From positions 65,658,001 through 65,722,000 of the forward strand of contig NC_042998.1 in NCBI RefSeq assembly GCF_006345805.1: DNA of 64,000 nt. The letters run 5' to 3'. The notes under the pieces were generated by a model. The model was given only the letters and a program-made list of their open reading frames with translations, searched no databases and had not been told where the DNA came from. The position numbers and the translations under genes are program-made. This document shows, one piece after another, positions 27,470-40,860 of the stretch. Origin of the DNA: Octopus sinensis (Eukaryota). Positions within the stretch are counted from its first letter, which is position 1. The number at the start of each line of letters is the position of its first letter.

Positions 27470-28899
27470 TATGTATACACGCACAGATACACACACACAT
27501 ATATAAATGTCACCATATATTTGTTGTATTTCAGTGTAGTTATACGTTCATGTGTTTGATGACATATATGTATGTGTCAATATGAATATAAATACCTATC
27601 AATTTCCCATACATACAGGCAAGTCCTTAAATGTATACATACATATATCCATACATCCACCCATAAATATATATACACACATACATGAATACATGCATAC
27701 ATATGCATATGCAGATTCTGTTTTAAGAATCTACTGCAATGGAAATATGTTAACAGATATTAAAATACATAATATTGACGTGGACGTCGTTCTGATACAT
27801 TGGAAATATTTATCAGGTCCTTAATGTTGGGATAAATATACCTCAATGCAGGTTAATTGTTAGAGAGCGATATGTTATTTGAAGATGTGCGTTCGGTTAT
27901 AATTTTCTGCCACGAACAAAAGGTGGAGAGGCCTTGTGAGTGGCAAATAGGTGAAACTCTATAACTTCATCGGGTTTCGTATGTCTACGCAAGAAGTTCC
28001 CGAATAACAAGACGTAATCTTTTGTTTTCTGAAACGAGATTTCTTTTCCGATGCCCTGTTCTAAACAAAAGAATAACGCGTCAATGTCGTATTTTTCAAA
28101 ACTGAGTCATTGCACATGTTTCTTCAGAATTTCGTGACTCTTTTGTGTTCAACAGATGTATTTCTAGAAGAGCGAGGTCATTGAATAGTGAACTTTTATT
28201 ACAATCGAATACTAAATGCCTTCACGTATACAGCCCTTTGTAGAATCTTCTATATTTGCAAAATTATTTTGAGATAATACACATTTCTATGTTTTGGGAC
28301 GGTCATTTCATTACACAAAAAAACACACACACACTATATATTCGTTCTTCACTTCAGCTTTATTCTTCTTATATGTGTGTCCCCTTATTTAAATTCATCG
28401 TCACACATCCTGTGACCTCTTCAGTGACTCTCGTTCCCGCATTTCTCCACCTTTTTTGTTTAGTTCATTGGACTAAACAGAAAAGGAAAATATATCAGAC
28501 AAAGGACTAAAAAAAAGAACAATAACGAAGTACAAGTGAAGACATAATATTTAGTGTATATTTGGCAAAAAATGACCATCACGAAATATAACAATATCCG
28601 TTTCAACAAACGATTTCATTTAAGGAGACTTCCAGAACAAAAACGTAATGGTAAAAAAGAATTATATTTCCTTCTTACAGAAATGAATGTAATTTGAATT
28701 AAATGTGAAGAATAACTTTCATGAAGACAGGTGTAAAATAAGTTTTTCCACTTTACTCCGCAATACCTCGACTCTTCTTTGGGATTTGTATCTAGTGACC
28801 TGTAGATTTCTTTAAGAGTGTGCCTTTTGTATTTTACCGCTTAAATTTTAAACCTCTTAGCGTATATTGTTGTGATATATATATTTTATGAATTTGTTG

Positions 28900-29680
28900 T
28901 TGTTCTGTAATTTACTAAAGTTTTATTTGGCGTGTTTGGTTGCTGTAGTTGCTACTGATGAAGTGCTTGTCACATTTTCTGTTGCTTTTTAGCTGTGATC
29001 TTTTATTTGTCCCTTGTATTATTGCATTTGTTTTCCCTACTGTCGGTGGCTTAGCTGTTTTCGCTATTGTGGTGTTTTTGTAGTTACGTGTCGTACCGTT
29101 TTGCGATTGAACTACACAAGCAGGTACCGACTGTCTATTATCGCTTCCAGTAATATGTACAACCGTCTCTAATATCTCCTCATGATGAAATTCGTAGCCT
29201 TCTGTACATTATTCTGTTATAGTATAGGAAAATGCCGAACAAGCCTCCGGTCTCGTCTCGGAAATTTTAATTGAACGCCTGAGATTGTAAGAATATTGAG
29301 CAACTTCTTGCTGGAAAAAGATACGTATTCAGCAGAGATTTTTGGAAACTTCTCCACCACTTCGTAAAGTTCAACGGTTTTGATAATTTATACATGCATA
29401 AAAATGTCTCCCATTTTCGTATCAATGGCAATCTTGACATATAAAAAGAAGTATGACAGTTCTCAGTAGTTTGAATAATAATGATTTTACTGCATTATTC
29501 AGCTAAATTGGTTGCTGGAGGTGGACGTTCGATTGTTTACAAATCTTTTTCATACTCACACAATTTTCCTGGACTTTATTGATCTTCTACCTTTGCTACT
29601 CGTGCGTGAATACCAAATAATATTCGGCTTCACTTGTTCGTGCAGTTTTTGCAAGACGCCATGTGAGTGGTCTATGACTT
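28900..29680 (-). pseudogene. Decayed coding-like sequence: Cys-containing globular part followed by a Thr/Ser-rich stalk
   Basis: One minus frame reads LLRTVILLFICQDCH*YENGRHFYACINYQNR*TLRSGGEVSKNLC*IRIFFQQEVAQYSYNLRRSIKISETRPEACSAFSYTITE*CTEGYEF..VTTKTPQ, then ATENVTSTSSVATTATK. Family not identified. Confidence 0.3.
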
Positions 29681-32057
29681 AAAAAATGCTATTATCACAA
29701 GAAGCTAGTAAAATACTGGGGAAATTAATTATGAATAACCTTTCCAGAAATGTGATTTCACGAAGAATTACAGATTTGGTTGGAGTAGACATCAGAGTCA
29801 TAATAATCTAACTTTCAACTTTCGAATACATCGAAGAGAAATCAAGTTTAAGAAGCCAGCAATGTAAGTGTGAGCATTGTACAATGTATATATTTCATTT
29901 GTAGATTGTAGAATAAAATATTTCTTAAAATAAATATAATATTTATATATCATAAGAAGATATCATAAAAATCAAGTTTGAATCTTCAGCAGAATACAAA
30001 TTACAGAAATGGTTTTGAATGCTACTCACAATTTAGTGATCGCCGAAAAGACGTAGCAAAGTTGACGATGAATGCATAGTTCTGATTGGCCAAACGCATG
30101 GCATAAATTACTTAGTTACTCTAATGATAATGCAATTTCCTACACACTGCACATCTGTTCTGTTAAGAAATTAGAGTCACGAGTAATTTTTAAGCAGAGG
30201 TGATTTGTATCTTCCCACTGCAGTGTTGGTGCCGAAGACAGGTTTTATGTTATTATCAGCATATTGGACAACATTTACGTTTGAGTCTCTTCGCAGATCA
30301 AAGAGAATTCAATCCACACAGACAGTAACACACACCCTGAAGATTAATGTTAAAACTGGAGTAGAAAAATTCTTAAGATGTCAGCTAAGTAAATGTGAGT
30401 ATTGTTTAATGTATATTTTTAAATGATAGAATATGGAATAAAATACTTTTTAAAATAAATGTAATGTTTACATATCACAGGAAGACGACCTAAGATTCAA
30501 TAATTTCTCCCATTAAAATCACATTACATTGCGTCTAATTTTCTGAAAATGAAAATAGGAATTATGTTATTAACGTCATCATGCTTTCAAAGACATTTAG
30601 TTTTAACTTAAGTATATTTTACCCAAAATGTAGAAATTTTAAATGGAGAAAAATTCTAAAAAACTCAAAATATAGAATTTCGAAGGCAGCAAAGAAACAG
30701 AATTAAACTAAAAATCTATAGCGGAAGATTTTATGCAATTTATAAGTTTACTATGCATGATTTCTGAGAGCATTTTCAAAAGAAAATATTAAATATAGAA
30801 AATGATGGAGCGAAAATACTTCTACTCACTAAAATTATATTCAACACTGTTACTTGCTCTTCCTTTTATGTATGTTCAGTATAAAATGCCTTGGGGTGTT
30901 TATCAGCACATATGCTATTCGTTCACTTTCTAAATACGAACAACCGTTCTTTAACAACTATGAGTGATTGATTGGGTGTAAAGTACATATCTGAGGAATA
31001 TTAATGAGGCAGGAACAGTTGCAAACTAAGACAGATAAGATCCTTCATAGCTTACTGAGCAATTTCCCCACGTAGTTATATACGGAGAATTTTCTCCCGA
31101 CATGTTTTTGCAACAAAATGTCATCCCGCTTCCAAAAGGAAGAAGCTAAATATGAATGTGCAGCCTTCATTCTTCGTATTTTCTCTCTCTCGCGCGCGCG
31201 TATGTTTAAAAGCGGCGCAAACACACACGGACACCACACGCATACACATATATCTCTACATAAATATGCAGATATATATTGTCTCATTAATTAATATTAT
31301 TTCAACATATTCCGTGTATTTCAATATCATACATTACACTTCAAATTTTCTATTGTCTACCTTATTAAGTTTAAGTCATGATAATTAAATTATCATGACT
31401 CTCATTTATACAATGTCACGTGCATCCTACCACTCATTTTTATCAAATTCCTTTTTCCTTTATTTTGTCGGCACATAAACTTCGATATATATATCCTTAC
31501 GCTTATATTCAGGTAAATATACTTGTAATTTGATGCCTTTTACCTACATCATTCACAAATGCTTCTTAACATTTTCCTTTCTTTCCGTTTTGGGTTTATT
31601 GTCATATGTAATAATGTAATTGCTTTTCAACCTAATATTCTTTTAACTAGATTTTCTTAAGCATTATTCATATATTTAAAGGCCTCCAATCTTATAGTTT
31701 TCTCTTTCTATATACCATTTAATATCCTTTAATTTTCCTCATCCAAACCAGTTTTACTCGTATCCCTCTTAGCGATATAGTTTATCTCTTGAGAGCTAGA
31801 GAGCTGCTACATATCTTCTAATATATTTAACAGCTTCAAACTCATGTCATTTGAAACTGTTAGCGTTACTGTAATCTTTTTAAATTGGCAGTCAACCTTA
31901 AATTAATATACGTGAAGCGACAGCATACAGATGCTCGACACAACCTACGCTATTTGCTATTGTACACGACTCCTAATTTATAGTATACAAATGGTTTGTC
32001 TGTCTGTGTTTGTGTATGCCTGTGTGCGTTCGCGCGTTTGTACATACGTGTGGGCGG

Positions 32058-32200
32058 AGGGATGTGGCTTCGTGGTTACAGATTTGCGCTCACGGTGGGA
32101 AGATTATGGTTTAGATTCCTGAACTGGGAAAAGCGTTGAGTTCTTCAACAAATCGCTTCATTTCATGTTACCCAAGTTGATTCAACCAGAAAAAATAAAC
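32058..32200 (+). mobile_element. Old tRNA-derived SINE head
   Basis: GTGGCTTCGTGGTTA..GGTTTAGATTCC A/B-box-like motifs, followed by a GCGTTG.GT.CTT..CAA body. Confidence 0.5.
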
Positions 32201-32342
32201 AATCCTGTGAGAGGATAGGCGCCTCATTCAGGGCGGAATATATTCAGGGAAACCTGAAACCTGCCTTACTAACACATTGGTTCGGGATATGTATGCATGC
32301 ACACACACACATACAAACACATGTACATATATATGTATATAA

Positions 32343-32419
<77 letters not shown>

Positions 32420-32421
32420 CT

Positions 32422-32717
32422 TGATTGACAAGGCTATCAGATGTTGTTAAACATCGCAGGTCACAATGCGCTTCACACTGTTTTAGCCTTCAAATAACGC
32501 CAAGCCGCTGGCAAAGCGAGCAGGCCAACAGGAGAAAGAGTGAGAGAAAGTTGTGGCAGAAGAATACAGCAGGGATCACCATTACCCCTGCCAGAGCCTC
32601 GTGGAGCTTTAGGTGTAATCGCTCAATAAACACTCACAACGTCCGGTCTGGGAATCGAAACCACGATCCTACAACCGCGCGTTTGCTGCCCTAACTACTG
32701 GGCCATTGTGCCTCCAC
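32422..32717 (-). mobile_element. tRNA-derived SINE family D
   Basis: Minus strand GTGGAGGCACAA-TGGCCCAGTAGTTAGG (A box) ... GGTTTCGATTCC (B box), then a non-tRNA body. Inserted in (TA)n. Confidence 0.8.
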
Positions 32718-32751
<34 letters not shown>

Positions 32752-34520
32752 GTATACATCCAAACATACACACACACACACACATACACATACACACATA
32801 TATATATATATATATATATGGGAGTTTTCCAATAGAAGCGAAACTCCTATTTCAGGATAACCTTATCAGTCCTTCGAAAATGCTGACATAAGTGTAACTT
32901 TACGTATAATTAAATGAAAAATATACAAAATTATAAACCCACCCCACCAAGTATGTTGTCTCTTAAATAATTATGAGGAAGATAGTTAGTTGTAATTATA
33001 ATAGAATTTTATATTAATATTAGATGCGGATATATCAGGAACCAAGAATTTATTAAGGAATATTACCTTTAAAAGAATAGACAGGCCACATTTAATCTAA
33101 CATAAATCTCTAAGTTTTAAACACGCTGAAAAAATCAAGGTACAGCTTGATTTAAGAGTATATAGTTGTTATCTTCCCTTGAATTCAACCTCTCTTATAT
33201 TTTTACTCTTGGGGAATTTTTCAGAGAATTTTATTTCATTTATGTTATTCCCATAATACTTAGCGCATGGCAGAGGTAGCAGCCATTTGCATAGGAACGA
33301 GAAGGATTAAACGTTATGTTAATTTTCAGTAATTTTTTCTATCAGATTCCTTCTATATATTTATAACGTATATAGTGGTTTTTACTAAATAATCTTTTCA
33401 AATACAATTAATTTACGTTTGACATTAAAAAATGGTAATTTATACTTGTATAGATAGGGGTAAATCTTACACTAAATTATTAATGCCCGTAATCTTTATA
33501 TAGATAGGTTGTATGATTTGATGTGTTTATAATATAGTCGTTGGGGGTAATTTTAGGTATAGCATTTTCTATATATATCGGTAATATAATTTTATAAATT
33601 TTTAAACTTTTCATTTTTTTTATTTTATAAATATATTTGTAATTTATATATTTTTATTATATTTCTATTTATATTCTTTTTTTCTATTTAATATGACTTA
33701 ATTTAATACGTATTTTAAACTTTAATCCGTTAAAAATAATAACAATAAGATAAATAGCCTAATGATGCACTGGTGGATTTATGTATTAGGCATAAACACC
33801 CCACCAGCGCAGAAACACATGTAGGTGTAGCGTTGATAAAATTATCTTCGTACCACACAGACCAATAGCAAGTAAGTTATATATATTTTTCCTATTATTT
33901 TTTCAAATAATTTTATTGTATTTTATAGTAGGTAATTTTAAATGATTATGTTATTTTATTGGATATAACTTTCTATGTGTATTCCATACAATCAGGTTAT
34001 CCTGAATTATGAGTTGCGGCTCTATTGTTAAAATCCTAAATTTGTAATAATATTATAACTGATACTGTTTACATTGCATTAGTAAAGTGTAAAATAGTAA
34101 ATGTTCTGATAACCTATATATCTATCTATTTATCTGTTTATCTATCTGTCAAGCTATCTATCTATTTATCTATATATCTACCTATTTATCCATCTATCTT
34201 TGTATATATCTATATATTTATCTACCTACCTACCTACCTACCTGTCTATGAAACTGTCACAGTTAAACATACTTGTTTACAAAGTTTTATTCGCATGAAT
34301 AAAACCTTAACTAAACGTAATTCCAATTTTCATCAGTAAGTTTTTTCAAAACCCTTTCCTAGCATCCTAGAATCTTTCATCTAACAACGTAATTTCCTTC
34401 AACTGTACACTACAAAAGCCCCGAAGAAAAATTATCCCGCCAAATAGTAACTTAATGCATTTCAGTCCGACGATGGATTAAAAAGTTTAAACTTAAGTCA
34501 TCACTGACACTACGATTACT

Positions 34521-34717
34521 CTTTTATTATTTTAATTGTTTCAGTCATTTGACTTCGACCATGCTAGAGCACCGCCTTTAGTCGGGCAAGCCGACACTAG
34601 GACTTATTCTTTGTAAGCCTAGTACTTATATTATCGGTCTCTTTTACCGAACCGCTAAGATACGGGGACATGAACAGACTAGCATTTCTTGTCAAAAACA
34701 CACGCAAATATATACAA

Positions 34718-34783
<66 letters not shown>

Positions 34784-35228
34784 GGCGGCTAAATGCACCA
34801 TTTATTCCTTCGGAATTGAGAATATGCAGTCTTCGAAACATATGTCGAGAATAAAGGAATTTTGTTAAATCGTCGTTCGACTCCATTCTTTCATTTATTT
34901 ATAGTAAAAAAACACAGAAATTTCCACACGAAAGCACGTGATTTCTGCCCTTAGCATGTAGCTTCAATCGTGATTTCTGACGTAAATTTGCTACCCGGAT
35001 ATCGGTTAACCGAATTATCAATACTAGGATAATTCATTCAACTACTTAATATATATATATATATATGACGGGCTTCTGTCATTTTCCGTCAACACAATCC
35101 ACTCACAAGCCTTTGGTCGACCCAAGGCTATTGTAGAAGAGACACTTGCCCAAGGTGCCACGCAGTGGAACTGAATCCGGAACCATGTAGTAAGCAAGCA
35201 CCTTACCACACAGCCACTCCTGCGCTTA
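34521..35228 (-). mobile_element. SINE family A split by a ~270 bp insertion in its central (TA)n
   Basis: 3' half at 34521-34710 and 5' half at 35066-35228 match the full copies. Foreign sequence lies at 34780-35048. Confidence 0.85.
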
Positions 35229-35507
35229 TTCCTATTAAAGAATAATAAATATATACTCTACAAAATTGTCGGCTAACACTTTACATCAATGTAAACATGC
35301 TTTTTTATTATAGTAATATAAAAGCAAACATTGATATATCCGTTTATCTATCTATCCATTTACCTGCATGCATATCTGCATATGTGCATGTATATATATA
35401 TATATATGTATATGTATATGTGTGCGCGTATGTATATATATATATATATATATGTATATGTGTGCGCGTATGTATATATATATATATATATATGTATTTA
35501 TATATAC

Positions 35508-35573
<66 letters not shown>

Positions 35574-35639
35574 TTATATATACATATATATACATATATA
35601 TGTACGTACATATATGTATTTGTGTGTGTGTATAGTTGA

Positions 35640-35800
35640 AATCCATAGGAAAACAAAAGACGAAGAGGGGTGTATTAGTCTGACTTTCGGTATAATGAAA
35701 AAGTCGTTTACATTTCGAGCCTGCGCCCGTCGACAGAAAGGATTTAGTATGTGTGTGAATAATCCGAACAACGTGACCGTGTGGAATTACCATGCAGATA
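35640..35800 (-). mobile_element. Penelope-like pLTR relic with HHR-like motif (35706-35740)
   Basis: Minus strand TTT-CTGTCGA-C-GGGC-GCAG-GCTC-GAAA-TG-TA-AA. A6 mutated. Confidence 0.45.
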
Positions 35801-37342
35801 CACATGTACAAATATTTCTATTTTGTCTGATATCTACATTGTGCTATTTATCAACACTTCACTCTTAGACGTTTGCTATATTTTTGCTTGAAAAATATTT
35901 GAAAAGCCCCTCGACGAAGAAACACGAAAAATTCTAGGAGCATAATGCATCCAGTGTAGTTGTAGTGATGTATGTCCTCTCAAATTTCTTTCTTTTTGTG
36001 GTCACATATTGCTTCCTGGATTCAAATCGACGTTGAAGATCAAAAGTTTCGATTACAATGAAGCTGGATTTTATATATATATTTGATATTCAATTTGAGG
36101 AATGAATATTTCACGAAAGCTGAAGGGCCATCCATACGCAGAGAATATAAGATCTAAGTGTCTCCTACGACCGTTGTTTCTTTTGTCTATGTATCTAAAT
36201 GTAAAAAAAACGAAGAGCGAAAATTCCAGCACCAACAACAACCACATTAATTACTACTACTACCACCACCATAAATGAAATAGAGATATTACTTCTACCA
36301 CCACAACTGCTACTACCACTCAAGCTGAAAGCAACTAACGATGTACAAAAAGAATCGTTGGCAAGCATTTGTATGTGACATAAAGTGAAAAACAAGTTGT
36401 TAAACTCCATTGGCAGCCATAAAACGGCCATAACTTATCGTATAACACAATAGCCACTTCAATAACTGACGTCAAACAAATTCTCTCTTCAAAACACTTT
36501 TGAAATATCAGTTTTCAATAGGTAAACAGAAACATAAAACGGGAATGCTGTTTTCTCTAACAGCAACACGAGCATGAAAGCAGTGAAGATTATAAAATTG
36601 AGTACACTGAAACGAAAGAAAATGTTACAATCGAATAGATTATAGGTATTAGATTAATGTTAAAAAATAATTAAACGACGCCGACTGGTAGATATTATCC
36701 AATGTTTTCATTTAATAAGTTGTAATAATATTCACAACTGAAAGAAAAACACGATTAGATTCCATTTAAACTGAGCTAAAATGTATTTCAATACATCAAG
36801 GAAATAAGAAAACAATGGTAATATGTACCCATTTACCTCAGTTAATATCTGGATGTTTTGTTTCTGTGAGGAAGCTTTTATCAAATACACATTATGGAAT
36901 TGCAATCTATTTCCTGAAAATAAATGTATAACAAAGAACTACAATAATGTACCTAAGAAACACTTTAGCTTTTTCACGTATGTCAGGAAGTGTTGGGCCA
37001 AACTGAATAACACACGTGTTAAAATGATGGAGTTATTGACGTGATTTATCGAAACAATATTATGGACACTTAAACAATAGAGAGAACTTAAACAATTATT
37101 TATAAAAAATGTAAAAATTAAATTCTGTATCTGGTTTTCGATTTGGATAGAGGAAATATTCCTTAGGAAAAACTAGACATCATAGAAAGGGGGAATGTGA
37201 AGAATCAAAAATTAAATGTGGAAATAAAAGTACACAAAGAATTGCAAATTGCATTTAGTATGTCAAATTTTAGAACATTCATCTATCTCATCATAACTCT
37301 GACCAAGCATTTTTCCTTGGTTCCATGTACCTGAATTTTTAC

Positions 37343-37500
37343 CTTATACCGAACCTCGATCCAGACAAAGTACGAGCCGTCCCGCGTGGACGTGAGTTTA
37401 TTGCCGGTCCACAGGTATGTTCCGTTTAATAGAAGTTCCTATTACCTACTGGTAGTCATCCAAAGTTCTGCTGGATGTCTAAATTACAGAGAGGCTTGAC
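37343..37500 (-). pseudogene. Candidate TNF-superfamily (THD) coding remnant or exon
   Basis: VKPLCNLDIQQNFG*LPVGNRNFY(frameshift)LNGTYLWTGNKLTSTRDGSYFVWIEVRYK aligns by eye with human TNF [44 protein letters not shown]. Followed by a donor-like AAG|GTAAAA. Confidence 0.35.
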
Positions 37501-39551
37501 ATACTTGTTTACGTCATCGTACTCTGATATATTCTTATATTTTTTCCTTATATAATGTACAGTCACACGACAACCTCTTTTCGATCATTTGCAATGCATC
37601 ATTTCTATTTGCACAATATTTTATAGAATACCTTACTGTATTAGTGCAGTGATCATATGACGTTCACACACTTTGTATTCAATGTGAGCTGACAGCGGAA
37701 TTTTCAATACAATGTGAAATTTTAGCTTCAACTAAATCAACTCCAGTCTGCATTTGGTTGAGCACATTTGTTCTGTCGTCGCCTTGATTCATTTAAATCT
37801 CATAGTATGTCCTCAATTCCTCTCTGTTACACTCCTTTCCTGCATACAATCCGTTATTTATTACTTCTGTAAGAAATGTTACTTTTAGCATTGGTAGAAA
37901 CGTAAATTTTCCTCCCATTTTTATACTAAAGTCTTTGACGCTTATTAAAGCTCTTCCCACTTTAATTCTTTTCTGAATTTGTCGAATCATGCCTGCTGAC
38001 TCTGTTGCCGTTCTACGGCCGTTTGGGACACCAACTAATCAAATTACAAACATAGTAATATTAAATACGAGAGAGAAACCTATGCATCCTGATTGTTAAT
38101 TAAATAAATGTTAAGTTTCTCAAATGCGACCTATAGTGGCAACGATATACAGGTGAATACTTATAGTAGTCCTATAAAGTTCACGAAATGAAGAGGAAAT
38201 AAATACAATATATGACACGTTGGAAATCACATGATCTATAATGCTTTAGATTTAAGGATAGCAGTTTGGTGACGTTTTCTCAGAGTGAGTTCCCACAAGT
38301 CGAATGTTTCTAAGAGAAGTCAGCATATTAGGTTTCTGTGATATAAATGGATACGTTTTTGAACGGGGGGAATGTGCGCATCTTGTGCCTCAAACACACA
38401 TGTAGCATTACATCTAGCTGAGGTATATCTAAGCGAACTGGCCGACTTCCTTCAAAACAAATCACCTAAGTGAGAGCGAGAAGGTGATTCAGACAGAAAG
38501 AGAAATAGATGTAGGGAAGAAGACATGAACAGAGATAGAGCTCATTGGGTAGGAGAGAGAACGTATCTAAATGGGAAAATTAAAATCTCATGATGGTGCG
38601 TCACAGACATGTCTATTTTACTACTTTCCCGGTCTGATGGCTCCTGCACTGAGCTGTCATCTTCCGTAGATGAATTCGCTGAGTTGGCAAGAAGGGTGGG
38701 TGATGTAGGTTGCACAAGAGAGAAAGAAAGAGAAACCATGAAGTGAAATCTCGATCATTAGCAAGGGGATGGGTGTAAAGTACATGTTTTTTCACGCGTT
38801 ATATTGCGCTTTTACTTTTCGTCAAATGAGTTTTTCCCTCTAACCAAATAATGATCTTGCTATTTTCCCATATTTTTCAGTGATATTAATTTGAAGTAAT
38901 TAATAGACATTAATGATGTTAACGATTTTTCCTATTATTTTTGTCTAAATTCTTACACTAATTCTCTCCTTGCATTAATTATGAATTTGCTTTGTTATCC
39001 TGTTCCCCTCTTCTTCTCGCTACAACTTATTAACGAGGAGAATTTCATTATAAGTTTCATGTTCCCGGCATCAAACAGTCCATCTCATTCTCTCTCTCTC
39101 TCTCTCTCTCTTTCACTCCCTTTGTTACTATCTCTCTCTCCCACACACTCTGCCGCTCAAGAATTTGGACCTGGAGATCTCCATTTCCAGTGACTTCGAG
39201 GGCCACCTCCCAGTGGTATCGGGCGTCAACGAAGAGCTCTCGACTACAAGAAGACGACCAAAGTTTTTTTTCCAAGGTCTGAGGTCTCCCGCCTTAAGCC
39301 CTAGACCATCACCTAATCACCCTTACCCGTCTTACTGCTCAACAACAACAACAACAACCACACACTCTCGCTCATTTACTCTGCAAATTACAGTGAGGAC
39401 CAGTGCACGAACTGTGTAATCAATAGATTAGGGTAGGTGTTGCGCATTTAACTGTACGTTCAGTCATAAAATATTGTAATTCTTCTATTGCAAAATAATA
39501 CTTTTTTTTCTTGTAACCGCTAAGTTCATATTTAGTCCACTTTTATCCTTT

Positions 39552-39725
39552 GGTACCGCGCTGGGCAAAATACTTAACGGCATTTCACCGATCTTACTTT
39601 CTGAGTTCAAATGCCGACCTTGCCTTTCATCTCGTCGAGGTCGATAAAATAAGTACTAGAGTTGATTGCTGGTTCGATGTAGTCGAGTAACAAACTTCTC
39701 CGAAATTACTGACCTTGAGCCAGAT
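39552..39725 (+). mobile_element. SINE family B, diverged
   Basis: CTGAGTTCAAATGCC..CCTTTCAT..GTCGATAAAATAAGTAC homology to 45422-45653. Confidence 0.65.
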
Positions 39726-39744
39726 TTGGAAGTCAATATTATAT

Positions 39745-39900
39745 TTTTATTTATTTTCACCATTAGACTGCGGCCATGCCTGGGTCCCGAATTGAAGATT
39801 ATGCAGTCGAATAAATCTACACCAGTATGACTTTTCAAAGTCTGATACCTATTCTACCAGTTTCTTTATCCGAACCGATAAGTTACTGGGACGTAAAGAC
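39745..39900 (-). mobile_element. SINE family A-related 3' half, diverged
   Basis: GACTGCGGCCATGC..CCGAACCG.TAAGTTAC.GGGACGTAAA. Confidence 0.65.
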
Positions 39901-39904
39901 ATAC

Positions 39905-40068
39905 AGGTGTAGGAGGGGCTCTGTGGTAAGTAGTTTGCTTAGGAACCACATGGTTCCGGGTTCAGTCCCACTGCGTGGCACCTTGGGCAATTGTCTTATA
40001 CTATAGCCTCGGGCCGACCAAAGCCTTGTGAGTGGATTTCGTAGACGGAAACTGAAAAAAGCCCGTCG

Positions 40069-40099
<31 letters not shown>

Positions 40100-40262
40100 G
40101 TGTGTGTGTGTGTGTGTGTGTTTGTGTGTGTGTTTCTGTGTTTCTGTTTGCGGTGCCCCACCTCCAGCATGGCCACAGTCAAATTACTGAAACAAATAAA
40201 AGAGTAGATGACACCAACATCGGTTTTCGACAGGTGGTGGGAACAAAAATATACACAAAGAC
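39905..40262 (+). mobile_element. SINE family A, young head, internally deleted and rearranged tail
   Basis: Head near-identical to other copies. The tail skips to CTCCAGCATGGCC and is followed by an inverted middle fragment at ~40210-40262. Confidence 0.85.
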
Positions 40263-40280
40263 ACACCCACATTCAGTATG

Positions 40281-40323
<43 letters not shown>

Positions 40324-40674
40324 ACGTTCGTATATGTAAGTATATCGTTTGTTCTGCATATATATATCTGTATTTATGTACTCTTGATATATTCAACCGA
40401 TGTCGGTGAAGCTTATTTAAAGCAAAACCAGAAATCCTGGATCTTGAATTATTCAATAATTTTTGCTTGTATATTTTGTCCCTCTGTCTTATGTCATGGT
40501 GCGATACGAACACTTAACGTGGTTTTTATAGTCAGAGTTTCGACTGCTATTTCGGCATGTTGGTGTCTCTTAGACACCCTCATTTTTAATTGTTAAAAAT
40601 TATTACCTTTGTACGGTATTTTTCCCATGCTGGCCACTTGATAATATGGATACTTAAATATCGATATTATCCTC

Positions 40675-40704
<30 letters not shown>

Positions 40705-40707
<3 letters not shown>

Positions 40708-40860
40708 GAACGGGCTTTTGTCAGTTTCTATCGATCAGATCCACTCACATCTTAGTCAGACCGAGGATAATTAGTAAAATGAATTTACTGAATGTGCCAC
40801 GCAGTGGCACTTAAGCATATACCTTGTGGTTGGGAAGCAAACTTCTAACCGCTCGCGCCT
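40705..40860 (-). mobile_element. SINE family A head, old
   Basis: ACGGGCTTTTGTCAGTTTC..TCCACTCAC..GTGCCACGCAGTGG. Confidence 0.6.

Noticed and set aside
39194-39304. RQRRALDY resembling the TGF-beta furin site
   Set aside because: Preceded by an in-frame stop and not followed by a cystine-knot cysteine pattern.
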